DNA of 64,000 nucleotides. It comes from Bacteroidales bacterium (GTDB lineage: Bacteria > Bacteroidota > Bacteroidia > Bacteroidales > WCHB1-69). Below are positions 29,072 to 37,930 of the stretch, piece after piece; within the stretch, counting starts at the first letter, position 1, and the number at the start of each line of letters is the position of its first letter. The translations under genes and the position numbers were made by a program. A model generated the notes under the pieces. That model saw only the letters and a program-made list of their open reading frames with translations. It did no database searches and was not told where the DNA came from. Location: contig JAITUN010000298.1 in the NCBI GenBank assembly GCA_031286285.1, positions 1,799 through 65,798 of the forward strand, read 5' to 3'.

Positions 29072-29329
29072 TTATTTTGTTCTGTTTGCCACAATATACT
29101 CGGCCATCACCCTTATTGATTTAAAAACCTCTTTACCTTGGTTAGGATCTTGGAGTTTGATTCCATAATTTTTTTCCATAAGCACAATGAGTTCTAAAGC
29201 ATCAATTGAGTCCAAGCCTAATCCTTCTCCAAAAAGCGGCGCATTCTCATCTATTTCTTCCGGTTTAATATCCTCTAAATTAAGGACTTCAATAATTTCT
29301 TCTTTCAATTTTAAGATTAGTTCTTCCAT
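29072..29329 (-). CDS. acyl carrier protein
   Basis: 85 aa, acidic, with the attachment motif LGLDSIDALELIV. Confidence 0.85.
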   Translation of the reverse strand: MEELILKLKEEIIEVLNLEDIKPEEIDENAPLFGEGLGLDSIDALELIVLMEKNYGIKLQDPNQGKEVFKSIRVMAEYIVANRTK

Positions 29330-29358
29330 ATAATAAAAATTAGATATTTAAAATTACT

Positions 29359-29919
29359 TTAATTGTTATACAGTTTCAATATTTTCTCTTCTGCAAACTC
29401 AAAACTTCCTGCACTATTATCAACCAACATCATCAATACCTCACGTTTGTCTTCAAAGTATTCAATCCAAGCTGCCAAAACAGCATTTACACTTTTGTTA
29501 TTAAAACTGTTATTAATTGTTCGTAGTATTAGTTTAGTATCAAAATTTTTGCAAATATAGAAAAATGACTCACCGAAAAATCTATTTCTGATAGCAATTT
29601 CACCATTAACTATATTTGGCAGGGTGTAAACGAAGTGCGACGGGGATGGAAAATAGTTATCATTATTATTTATTGTTGCTTGATACTGAGCATCTGTGTC
29701 GAGAGAAGAGGAGCTATTAAAACAAATGACCGCAATATTTTCATTGGGTTCAAAACGGTTCTCATCATCTTTTAATATCATTTCTGAAGCCAAAAATCCA
29801 AGTTTGGATAGTCCATCCATCTTGTAGAATTTTGGGTAATCAATTTTAAGAGAACGGTATAATTCCATTATTTCTTGTGAAGTTTGGAAAGAGAGTTTTA
29901 TTTGTTTTTTTATAATCAT
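29359..29919 (-). CDS. small KS-N-terminal-like protein (no catalytic Cys evident); first gene of the cluster
   Basis: 186 aa. SPSHFVYTLPNIVNGEIAIRN resembles the PxxFxxSxxN...GxIxI motif of CLF-like thiolase-fold fragments. A 260-bp ORF-free region lies upstream. Confidence 0.45.
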   Translation of the reverse strand: MIIKKQIKLSFQTSQEIMELYRSLKIDYPKFYKMDGLSKLGFLASEMILKDDENRFEPNENIAVICFNSSSSLDTDAQYQATINNNDNYFPSPSHFVYTLPNIVNGEIAIRNRFFGESFFYICKNFDTKLILRTINNSFNNKSVNAVLAAWIEYFEDKREVLMMLVDNSAGSFEFAEEKILKLYNN

Positions 29920-30180
29920 TTAATGGAAATCATTTCAATTATTTTTTCTTTTCTTTCTAATATTCTGAATTTAGCACATCTAAAGTTTGATATTTATTCT
30001 TGTTTATATCATCATAATAGCTAAAATTTCTTTGAGTTCTATTAGTTAATAATATATTATTGAGCCATAAAAAATTTTAGGGTGCAAATAAACATAAAAA
30101 TATCAGAATTTCATTCAAGCAGGAAAAATTTAGAAAATAAGAAGTTAAATGTGTTTATTCGTTGAATTGTTAGAGAAAAA

Positions 30181-31431
30181 CTACATTACAACCTGTAACG
30201 TACTTCTGCTTTTTTGTTCAAGAATAACATGTTGTTTCCCTATTACATGCTTTATTGCTTCCGGCGTGTGATGGCGAATAGTGATTAACTTTTTGTTTGT
30301 GTTATATTTTACAAAAAATTCTTCCTGCAAATCTTTCAACAGGTTGGCAAAACGGTTAGGTTTGTTATCAATGCAAATTGTAAAACTTACCGCTGAATTT
30401 TGCATCAAATTGATTTTTAGTTTGTTTTTTGAAATATACGAGAATATTTTTGTCAGATTATCGGCAGCAATAAACGAAAAATCTTTTGGAAAAATAGAGA
30501 TTAGGATTTGTTCTGTTTTAAAAATATAGGAAGGTATTTTTTTTATTGAATCCACATCTGCAATGGTACTTCCTTCATTTTGTGGAGCTAAGAATGATTT
30601 TACAAGAAGTGGTATATTCTTGTTTTGGAGCGGTTTTATTGTTTTTGGATGGATGATAGTTGCGCCGTAAAACGCCAATTCAATGGCTTCTTGATAGGAA
30701 ATTGCATCCAATTTTACTGCATCAGGATAAAATTTCGGGTCAGCATTAAGCAATCCGGGTACATCTTTCCATATAGTAACATCTTTGGCATTCAAACAGT
30801 TTGCGAAAATAGCTGCCGAGAAATCGGATCCTTCGCGCCCCAGCGTAGTTACTTCTCCCTTGAGTGTTCCTCCAATAAAGCCCTGTGTGATAATCGTTTT
30901 GTTAGGGTGTTCTGCTACAAAACTTTGAATAGCTTTTTCTGTTTTTTCCCAAATTACCTTTCCTTCGCGGAAAGAGTCATCGGTGATTACTAAATGAATT
31001 GCACAGGCAAATACATTTTCATAGTTATTCAAATTCAAGTAGGTAGAAATTAATTGTGTAGAAAGATATTCTCCAAAACTCACTATATTATCATAATCTT
31101 TGTCATAATTATTCGAATTTTCGCCTGATACTATTTCCCAAAGACGATCTAAAATGGGAAGCAAGACAGAAGTAATCTCTCCCTGAACTTTTTCCAACTG
31201 TTTTGCAATATCAAGATGAAAGTTTTTTACAATTTCGAAGTTAGTTTCCAAAGAATCAGACTGGTAATACCAGGAATCAAGTACTTTTTCCAATTGATTG
31301 GTCATTTTTTCCATAGCAGAAATGACCACTATCAATTTTTCATCTTTATACAAATCTAATATCTGTTTCAGATTTCTAACTCCTTCTGCATCTTTTACCG
31401 ATGCACCTCCAAATTTGAAAATCTTATACAC
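30181..31431 (-). CDS. lysC: aspartate kinase
   Basis: 416 aa. N-terminal KFGGASVKDAEGVRN, followed by LGREGSDFSAAIFA and C-terminal ACT-like repeats. Confidence 0.9.
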   Translation of the reverse strand: MYKIFKFGGASVKDAEGVRNLKQILDLYKDEKLIVVISAMEKMTNQLEKVLDSWYYQSDSLETNFEIVKNFHLDIAKQLEKVQGEITSVLLPILDRLWEIVSGENSNNYDKDYDNIVSFGEYLSTQLISTYLNLNNYENVFACAIHLVITDDSFREGKVIWEKTEKAIQSFVAEHPNKTIITQGFIGGTLKGEVTTLGREGSDFSAAIFANCLNAKDVTIWKDVPGLLNADPKFYPDAVKLDAISYQEAIELAFYGATIIHPKTIKPLQNKNIPLLVKSFLAPQNEGSTIADVDSIKKIPSYIFKTEQILISIFPKDFSFIAADNLTKIFSYISKNKLKINLMQNSAVSFTICIDNKPNRFANLLKDLQEEFFVKYNTNKKLITIRHHTPEAIKHVIGKQHVILEQKSRSTLQVVM

Positions 31432-31441
31432 GAATTGTTGT

Positions 31442-33781
31442 TTAATAAGTAACTACTTTTTGAACTTCTCCAAAATCTGTTCTCAAGAAATAGATTCCGA
31501 TTGGAAGTTTTGAAACGTTGATTTCATAATTCTTATTATTTACGATGAAACTATTCAGTAACTTCCCTTCCAAATCAAACAAAGAAAAAGGTACGGGTTT
31601 TTCCACATTGGTTATTACTATTTTCTTAGCAGCAGCATTAAAATAAGCTGTAAAACTATTATGGTTGTTTGTTTGAATTGAAATTGCAGTGGGCATAATA
31701 GCTTTTAGCACAATATCATCAAAATAGAAACCATCTTTGATAACCATTTCATCGCTTATTAATCTGAATCCAATTTTAATATCTTTTCCTTTAAAATGAC
31801 TCAAGTCAATTGTTTCTCTTACCCACGAAGATTGGTATCCATCATATAATGGATTATTGTAGTCTTGATAAATAGTTCCCAATTTTGTATATTTTCCAAA
31901 TTGAGGCATCCAGGTAGCTCCATTATTATCAGAAACAATAAATTGTGCGTAATCGTAATTTTCTTCAATATCCCATTGTGCTTCAAATTCAACAAAAGCG
32001 GCTATAGCATTCGTTAAGTCATAACTATTTTTTGAATAGATGGTTGTATTCGCATTATTCTGGTAATTTCCATAGGGAGAATCTGTAATAGAGTGTTTAG
32101 GAGATACATACTTTTCAGCAGTGATATTCCATTTATCAGAACTCCAATTATCCATAGTTTCACAAGGGTCAGTCAAGAGGTTTTCCATTATTCCAAATAT
32201 TTTAGAAAAGCGATATTTTTGCGTAAAATTTCCATTATTCACACAAACATCAAAAACCACCTCATCTCCAGATTCAATATCAGATTTTAAATCAATTGCC
32301 AACTCTCCTTGTAGTTTATCTAACAGATCTATATTTTCAAAAAGCAACGGGGTTGTTTGCACATTTTGAATATTGTTTGAGACAGGCTCAATAGTAACTT
32401 TAAAATTAACATTTTCCCCAAGTCCCAAAGAGAGGAGTTCAAATAAAAAAGTGTTATTTAGCTCTGAAAAATTAATAGGAGTTTTATCTTCAATTTCAGC
32501 ATAAGGTAATGCGAAGCGCATCAAATATTTATTCATGGTTACATGTCCGGCGCAAATTTCTTCAATACGATAAGAGGGGGGCCAAAATCCTTCGAATGGG
32601 TCTCCCGCTTCAGGAGTAAGTGAATAGACTATGTTTTTAGACTCCTGGTCTCCATTTAGCCAGTCGTCAATACTTCCGTTTGTATAGTAAGCTAATACTT
32701 CAAAGCAATTCCCATAAGCATAATTGTTTTCTGAAGTAAGTCGTTCAGCATAAGCTCTATAAATAGGAAATTCAGGAGGAGGGTCATTTGTGTATCCATA
32801 AGGATAAACTAAATAATTTCCAAAAGTGTGGTTGTTTAGGCAAAGTTTTATCTCTTTATTTTCAAAAAAGTCTCTGAGGACTTGTGTTTCTACTTCGCTG
32901 AAAGGTTCTTCGCCTCTGTAAGTTTCGTCCCAAGGAAAGGGGGAGGATCCAATATTATTGTATCCCCACATATATCCCCAGTTTCTATTAAGATCAATAC
33001 CCCAATCATTTCTATTTTTTCTCCAAAATCCTCCTCCGTATGGATCTGTTAATCTGTTATATTCGTATCCATCAGGATTGATACAGGGTACAAAATAGAG
33101 TTCCAAGTTATCAATATAGTAGGTAATTTCGGGATCAACGCCGTAATTTTCCAACAGATCCCACATTTGATAGATCATTTGGTGCATCCCTGCGGGTTCA
33201 CGAGCATGTGTCAAGGCATTATACATCACACGTTTTTTTTCTTGATCCACATCAGGATTATTTGAGATTCTTACCCAATAGATATTTCTTCCTTCTACTG
33301 TTTGCAAAGGGAAAGCCATTTTTTCCGATATTAAATCCGGATATTCAGCCCTCATTTCACCCAATTCGGTCATAATTTCATCCAAAGTAAAATAGCCGCC
33401 CAAGCTTCCCAAGTGAAAATGCTCCGGAGTTCTGTTTCCTTTGAATGTTTTAGGTTTTTTCCTCATCTCCTCATTCAATTTTTCAATGGAATAACCCACA
33501 TTTTGTCGAACATAATATTCCGACATGTTTTCAATAAGAATCTCGTAAGGGATCTTGGTTTCTATAATCTTTTCCAACTCTACATCAGAAAATTCGCCAA
33601 TAATATAGACTCCTTTTCTCATATCTAAATTATCCAAACAAATACCTTTCTGTAATAATGAGTTAAATTGTTCTTGATTAGAAACGTACACTTTAACACG
33701 TGAGTAGTTGGCTTGCTTTTCTTGTGCAAATAAAAAAATGGAAGCTAGTAGAAAACAAAAAAGCAGAGTGATTTTTTTCAT
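31442..33781 (-). CDS. secreted M14 zinc carboxypeptidase with T9SS C-terminal sorting domain
   Basis: Zinc/catalytic motifs THAREPAG, NPDGYEY and NNHTFGNYLVYPYGY. The tail ...LPIGIYFLRTDFGEVQKVVTY is typical of a Por/T9SS CTD. The start is placed at MKKITLLFCFLLASIFLFAQE (signal peptide) rather than the track start at 33865. Confidence 0.85.
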   Translation of the reverse strand: MKKITLLFCFLLASIFLFAQEKQANYSRVKVYVSNQEQFNSLLQKGICLDNLDMRKGVYIIGEFSDVELEKIIETKIPYEILIENMSEYYVRQNVGYSIEKLNEEMRKKPKTFKGNRTPEHFHLGSLGGYFTLDEIMTELGEMRAEYPDLISEKMAFPLQTVEGRNIYWVRISNNPDVDQEKKRVMYNALTHAREPAGMHQMIYQMWDLLENYGVDPEITYYIDNLELYFVPCINPDGYEYNRLTDPYGGGFWRKNRNDWGIDLNRNWGYMWGYNNIGSSPFPWDETYRGEEPFSEVETQVLRDFFENKEIKLCLNNHTFGNYLVYPYGYTNDPPPEFPIYRAYAERLTSENNYAYGNCFEVLAYYTNGSIDDWLNGDQESKNIVYSLTPEAGDPFEGFWPPSYRIEEICAGHVTMNKYLMRFALPYAEIEDKTPINFSELNNTFLFELLSLGLGENVNFKVTIEPVSNNIQNVQTTPLLFENIDLLDKLQGELAIDLKSDIESGDEVVFDVCVNNGNFTQKYRFSKIFGIMENLLTDPCETMDNWSSDKWNITAEKYVSPKHSITDSPYGNYQNNANTTIYSKNSYDLTNAIAAFVEFEAQWDIEENYDYAQFIVSDNNGATWMPQFGKYTKLGTIYQDYNNPLYDGYQSSWVRETIDLSHFKGKDIKIGFRLISDEMVIKDGFYFDDIVLKAIMPTAISIQTNNHNSFTAYFNAAAKKIVITNVEKPVPFSLFDLEGKLLNSFIVNNKNYEINVSKLPIGIYFLRTDFGEVQKVVTY

Positions 33782-33861
33782 ATATTTTTTATTAATTAAA
33801 CTTAGATGCCCATAAATCCTAATGGGAAGTGCAAATAAACAACAAATTTTATTTAGTATTA

Positions 33862-34578
33862 TCAAAGCAAATTATTTTCAAAAAAGCTATAGTAATCTTC
33901 TTTACAAATAATCACATGATCAAGCAATTGAATAGATAAAATTCGCGCAGCTTCTTTCATTTGCGTTGTTAATGCTAAATCTGTTTTGCTTGGGAACAGA
34001 TCACCCGAAGGGTGATTGTGGCACATAAAAACTCCAGTTGCTTTTAATTCTATTGCTTTCAATAATATGAGTCTAATATCTACTGAGGTAGAAGTAAGTC
34101 CTCCTCTCCCAAAATTTTCCACTCCAAGTAAAGTAGCACCTTGATTCACAAAGACTACCCAAAACTCTTCGTAGCCTAATCTTGCATTTTTGGTTTGCAT
34201 CAATTCTACCAAATCGAATGTTGTATTAATTTTTCGTTTTTGTTCAACAGTAGCCACTCGGCAACGTTTTCCCAATTCAAAGGCAACCAAAAGTGTTATT
34301 GCTTTAACTTTTCCTATTCCGTTGGTTTTTAATAGTTTATTCAGCGACATTTCAGACAAGATGTTCAGGTTATTTTGACATCCTGCCAAGAGATTTCGTG
34401 CAACATCTACAGCAGATTCGTTTTTTGTTCCGCTTCTTAATAAAATGGCAATCAATTCAGCATCTGAAAGGGAATGAGATCCTAATGACAAATATTTTTC
34501 ACGAGGTCTGTCCTGAATTGACCAATCGGGAATTGTTAGTTTTGCGTGAAGTATTTCGTTTTCTTTTTCATTGCTCAT
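33862..34578 (-). CDS. radC: RadC-family JAB-domain protein
   Basis: 238 aa. HhH-like N-terminal half, and a C-terminal JAMM motif HNHPSGD. Confidence 0.9.
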   Translation of the reverse strand: MSNEKENEILHAKLTIPDWSIQDRPREKYLSLGSHSLSDAELIAILLRSGTKNESAVDVARNLLAGCQNNLNILSEMSLNKLLKTNGIGKVKAITLLVAFELGKRCRVATVEQKRKINTTFDLVELMQTKNARLGYEEFWVVFVNQGATLLGVENFGRGGLTSTSVDIRLILLKAIELKATGVFMCHNHPSGDLFPSKTDLALTTQMKEAARILSIQLLDHVIICKEDYYSFFENNLL

Positions 34579-35504
34579 TGTTTTCGTTTTAACAAGTAGG
34601 GTATGAGTATTTGTTCGAGTCCGCGGTGGATATCTACGGGGATCAGGTCAATTTGATATTGACCGCATTTTAAATGGAGTTCTTGAAAATATTCTCCAAT
34701 AGCAGTTTGGTAATACTCTCTGATATGGTTTGAATGCAGTTTGACTTCGCCACCTGTTTCCATATCAATGAATCTATAGAGGCGATTATCGTAGGCAAAA
34801 TCAAATTCCAATTTTTTATCATAAGTATGAAAAAGCAAAACATCATGTTTATTATGTCTTAGATGTTGTAGCGCCAACATCAATTCATCTGTATTAGTTT
34901 GAGATTCAAACATATCGCTAAAAATAACGACCATAGATCTTTTGTGAATTTGTTCAGCAATTCGATGTAACGTATCTGTAACCATGGAGTTGCTTCGGGT
35001 TTCTTTCGAAATAGGTTGTAGAATTTTTTCGAGTTCGCGGTAGATCATTTTAAGGTGTGTTTCACCGCCTCGTGCTCTAGTATGCAGTTCCAAGGTATCT
35101 GAAAAAACGCTTAGCCCAACTGCATCACGCTGCCCTTTAAGTATTTGCATCAACACAGCCGCTGCATAGATAGCATAAAAGATTTTGTTTGGATTTTTCA
35201 AAGAGTATTCATCCTTTAGCGGAAAATACATTGAAGAGGAACGGTCAATCACAATTTGGCATCGCAAGTTTGTTTCCTCTTCAAATCGTTTTACAAACAA
35301 CTTATCTGTTTTTGCGTATAGTTTCCAATCAATATGTTTGGTGGGTTCGCCGGTATTGTATTGCCGATGTTCTGCAAATTCAACGGAGAAGCCGTGCATG
35401 GGGCTTTTGTGAATTCCTGTAATAAAACCTTCAACTACGTGTTTAGCAACCAATTCAAGGTTTACAAATTGCGTGAGTTGTGTAAAATCTATTGAATAAT
35501 TCAT
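34575..35504 (-). CDS. DUF58-domain protein (vWA-like, Bat/MoxR-associated family)
   Basis: 309 aa. MHGFSVEFAEHRQYNTGEPTKHIDWKLYAKTDKLFVKRFEEE and IDRSSSM match the DUF58 pattern. Confidence 0.85.
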   Translation of the reverse strand: MNYSIDFTQLTQFVNLELVAKHVVEGFITGIHKSPMHGFSVEFAEHRQYNTGEPTKHIDWKLYAKTDKLFVKRFEEETNLRCQIVIDRSSSMYFPLKDEYSLKNPNKIFYAIYAAAVLMQILKGQRDAVGLSVFSDTLELHTRARGGETHLKMIYRELEKILQPISKETRSNSMVTDTLHRIAEQIHKRSMVVIFSDMFESQTNTDELMLALQHLRHNKHDVLLFHTYDKKLEFDFAYDNRLYRFIDMETGGEVKLHSNHIREYYQTAIGEYFQELHLKCGQYQIDLIPVDIHRGLEQILIPYLLKRKQ

Positions 35505-35550
35505 ACGTCATATTTTCGGCAAAAATAAATTTTTTAATAGTTGTCAAAAA

Positions 35551-37209
35551 TTAGTTATTCACAAAATTGTTTATAGTTTGAATAAAAGCCGAATTTAGAT
35601 TTCCCATAATATCTCCAATAATATGTGTACCTGAGATAACCTCCATGTGTTGTAACCTTTTGTTGAATAAAAGTACAACAGGGTTTGTTTTTTGAGCAAG
35701 CATTAGTTTCATTGAAGAATTAAGTTCTTTTGTATCCAAAAAGAGAGGGGTGTAATCAGTTTTTAGGAAACTGTTGACTTCTTTGATATTGTCCTTTTTC
35801 AGAAGATAGGTTGAGCAATTTTGAGCTACATTATACACTTCAACATCAGGTAGAGTTTTATTAGAAAAATAGCTCCAAATTGATTTAATACAGGATGAAC
35901 ATTGCGGATATTGTGAAATAATAAAGATCGCTTTGTCTTTTTCTATATCACTAAGGGAAAAAACGTTATCGTCATAGTCGAAAAATTGGATTGAATCCAA
36001 AGGGATATAGTTTTTGATGAATTTAAAAGTTTCTATTTTTTCAAATGGGTCATTGTCTCTATGAAATAAATTCACTTCTTGTTTAAATTCATTTTGTGTT
36101 TTATTCTGCCACGACACTGTTGTAGAGCGATTTATTTGTGTGATATACTCATTTAATTGAGCAAATACCAAATTACCTTCTGCGTTTGCAGTTAAAAACG
36201 GAAACCATTTATCTCCAAATTTATCATTTTCATTCAACTTTACCGAATAGGGTTTAACAATAGTTGTATCTCCAATAATTTGAATAAAATAAGGGGTTAT
36301 AAAAGTTTTTGAATCTTCATTTTTATCTAATGCGATCATAAAAAACCGTTCATTGGGGAATACATAAAAAAGATGCATAAAATTGTACTCAAAAACAGAA
36401 AACTTAGAGAAAGCATAATTTCTTTCGGTAATATCTTCAATATCGTCTAACTGTTTTGCTATTTCATTGGGAATATTTTTCCATTTTTCAATATTGATAA
36501 CATAATTTGCTAAGAGTTCTCCTGTTAACGAATATTTTTCTATTGAAGGCTCATTTCGTTGGAGAAAATAGAGTGCATTATTTTTCACAGCAATCATTTG
36601 CACAGGAGCTATCTGAAGAAAGAAGCGATTTTTCAATTCTAATTGTCTAACCATTTCTTTTCCAAAGTTTGACAGATTTATTTTATACCAATCAAACCCA
36701 TCATCATTGTCAACGAATGCGTGTAGGTCATGATTTGTAATTTCGAGATGTGAAACTTTAGCTAAAGCAACAGTTTTATAAAACTCGTAATGATTAGAAT
36801 CATCAAGAAAATATATCCAAATTTCTTCATCTACTGCAAGGAAGAGCAGAGAGTCAGTGGAAGCGATTGCCCAAATCCAGATTCGACTTATAATTCCACC
36901 ATTTTCAATATATTCAGTAGATGGAGAGATTAAATAAGTATCTTCTATTCCGGTAATTATATTGATTTTAGAAACTTTGGCATACCCTTTATGAGTTTGA
37001 TCATTGAATCCTTTCCGATTAATAACAAATAAAGAGTTATTAGATATTGCAGAGATATTGTTATAGGCATTTGTTTCAATATTAGTTTGAATAGATTTTG
37101 AGGTAACAAAACTGAATATTTCTGAAATATATTTTTGTTTAGAACAGTTTTGGCAACTAAGGTTACCTATCAAAATCAGTGTAAAAAATAGAGTTAGATT
37201 TTTTTTCAT
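35551..37209 (-). CDS. hypothetical lipoprotein with C-terminal thioredoxin-fold-like CxxC region
   Basis: The start is placed at MKKNLTLFFTLILIGNLSC (lipobox-like), 12 codons inside the track ORF. The C-terminal AIFIISQYPQCSSCIKS has a beta-strand followed by CxxC, as in thioredoxin-like folds. The rest is unrecognised. Confidence 0.5.
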   Translation of the reverse strand: MKKNLTLFFTLILIGNLSCQNCSKQKYISEIFSFVTSKSIQTNIETNAYNNISAISNNSLFVINRKGFNDQTHKGYAKVSKINIITGIEDTYLISPSTEYIENGGIISRIWIWAIASTDSLLFLAVDEEIWIYFLDDSNHYEFYKTVALAKVSHLEITNHDLHAFVDNDDGFDWYKINLSNFGKEMVRQLELKNRFFLQIAPVQMIAVKNNALYFLQRNEPSIEKYSLTGELLANYVINIEKWKNIPNEIAKQLDDIEDITERNYAFSKFSVFEYNFMHLFYVFPNERFFMIALDKNEDSKTFITPYFIQIIGDTTIVKPYSVKLNENDKFGDKWFPFLTANAEGNLVFAQLNEYITQINRSTTVSWQNKTQNEFKQEVNLFHRDNDPFEKIETFKFIKNYIPLDSIQFFDYDDNVFSLSDIEKDKAIFIISQYPQCSSCIKSIWSYFSNKTLPDVEVYNVAQNCSTYLLKKDNIKEVNSFLKTDYTPLFLDTKELNSSMKLMLAQKTNPVVLLFNKRLQHMEVISGTHIIGDIMGNLNSAFIQTINNFVNN

Positions 37210-37231
37210 ACAAGACTTTTTTTTTGAAAAT

Positions 37232-37251
37232 GGAGGAGGGTGCACTCCTCC
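37232..37251. other. GC-rich hairpin (GGAGGAG-ggtgca-CTCCTCC) in an AT-rich spacer
   Basis: A 7-bp perfect stem read directly, located between the paralog gene stop (37355) and the lipoprotein gene start (37209). There is no U-run in the minus-strand direction, so a terminator role is uncertain. Confidence 0.3.
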
Positions 37252-37354
37252 CCCATTAATAAATTTTTGTTTTTTTAATAATATTTGATAATGTAATGAT
37301 TAATCATGGGAAGAGATAGGAATGTTTTAAGTTGTTTTGAGAAACCCATTTGGG

Positions 37355-37873
37355 TTATCTTATCTCGAAGTTGTTTACTTTTGAGATAATGATTTCTGCT
37401 TTACCGTTACGAGGGTTTTGAGGCTCATAATTCCAGTCCATTTGAAAAAGGATGTATGATACTCTATTGCCTGACAAGTCGCTTATCGCTATTTTTTTTG
37501 AAATAGATCCGCGATACTCTCCATTTGAAACGTGTTCCTCGCTTTCCAAATAAATATTTTCGAATGTATTTTCAACAATTCTTTGGTCCATCCCTCTGAA
37601 TAAGGAATTTATTTCTTTTTTTGGAGGAAGGCAAAAATTAGGTCCAAAACCGGAACATAATACAATATAAAGACCATCCGTATAGGGGATTGTTATTACG
37701 TTACCCCAAAAGAAAGGTAATAAATTGGGTTCGTTACTTGATACTTCATCATCTTCGTCTGCACTTCTGATAATACTGATTTTAGCAATAATTTCGGGAT
37801 TACCTATTATATTTTGGCAGAAAGAAGATAAAAAGAATGCACTTAAAAGTGTTAATAATAAGATTTTTTTCAT
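37355..37873 (-). CDS. small secreted protein, tandem paralog A
   Basis: 172 aa. Signal peptide MKKILLLTLLSAFFLSSFCQN. Conserved CSGFGPNFCLPP, GEYRGSISKKIA and RVSYILFQMDWNYEP are shared with paralog B. Confidence 0.55.
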   Translation of the reverse strand: MKKILLLTLLSAFFLSSFCQNIIGNPEIIAKISIIRSADEDDEVSSNEPNLLPFFWGNVITIPYTDGLYIVLCSGFGPNFCLPPKKEINSLFRGMDQRIVENTFENIYLESEEHVSNGEYRGSISKKIAISDLSGNRVSYILFQMDWNYEPQNPRNGKAEIIISKVNNFEIR

Positions 37874-37930
37874 AGCAATTACTAGTTATTTGAGTTAAAA
37901 TAGTACTTAATAAATACAAGTTCTTTTTGC

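Noticed and set aside
4787-29919. Calling the cluster a flexirubin biosynthesis locus outright
   Set aside because: The defining genes are not present in the window: tyrosine ammonia-lyase, 4-coumarate-type ligase context, and DarA/DarB for the dialkylresorcinol. Only the shared aryl-polyene-like scaffold and export genes are there, so the product cannot be named.
31432-31441. Lysine riboswitch or leader upstream of lysC
   Set aside because: Only 10 bp separate lysC from the upstream gene stop, which leaves no room for a riboswitch.
33782-33865. Longer start for the M14 carboxypeptidase at 33865, and similar extensions for lepA (48511..48576), tsaC (55482..55559), the lipoprotein (37210..37245) and the M23 gene (TTG at 48693)
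   Set aside because: In each case an internal ATG begins a signal peptide or the conserved family N-terminus. For tsaC and the M23 gene, a TAnnTTTG box lies inside the extension.
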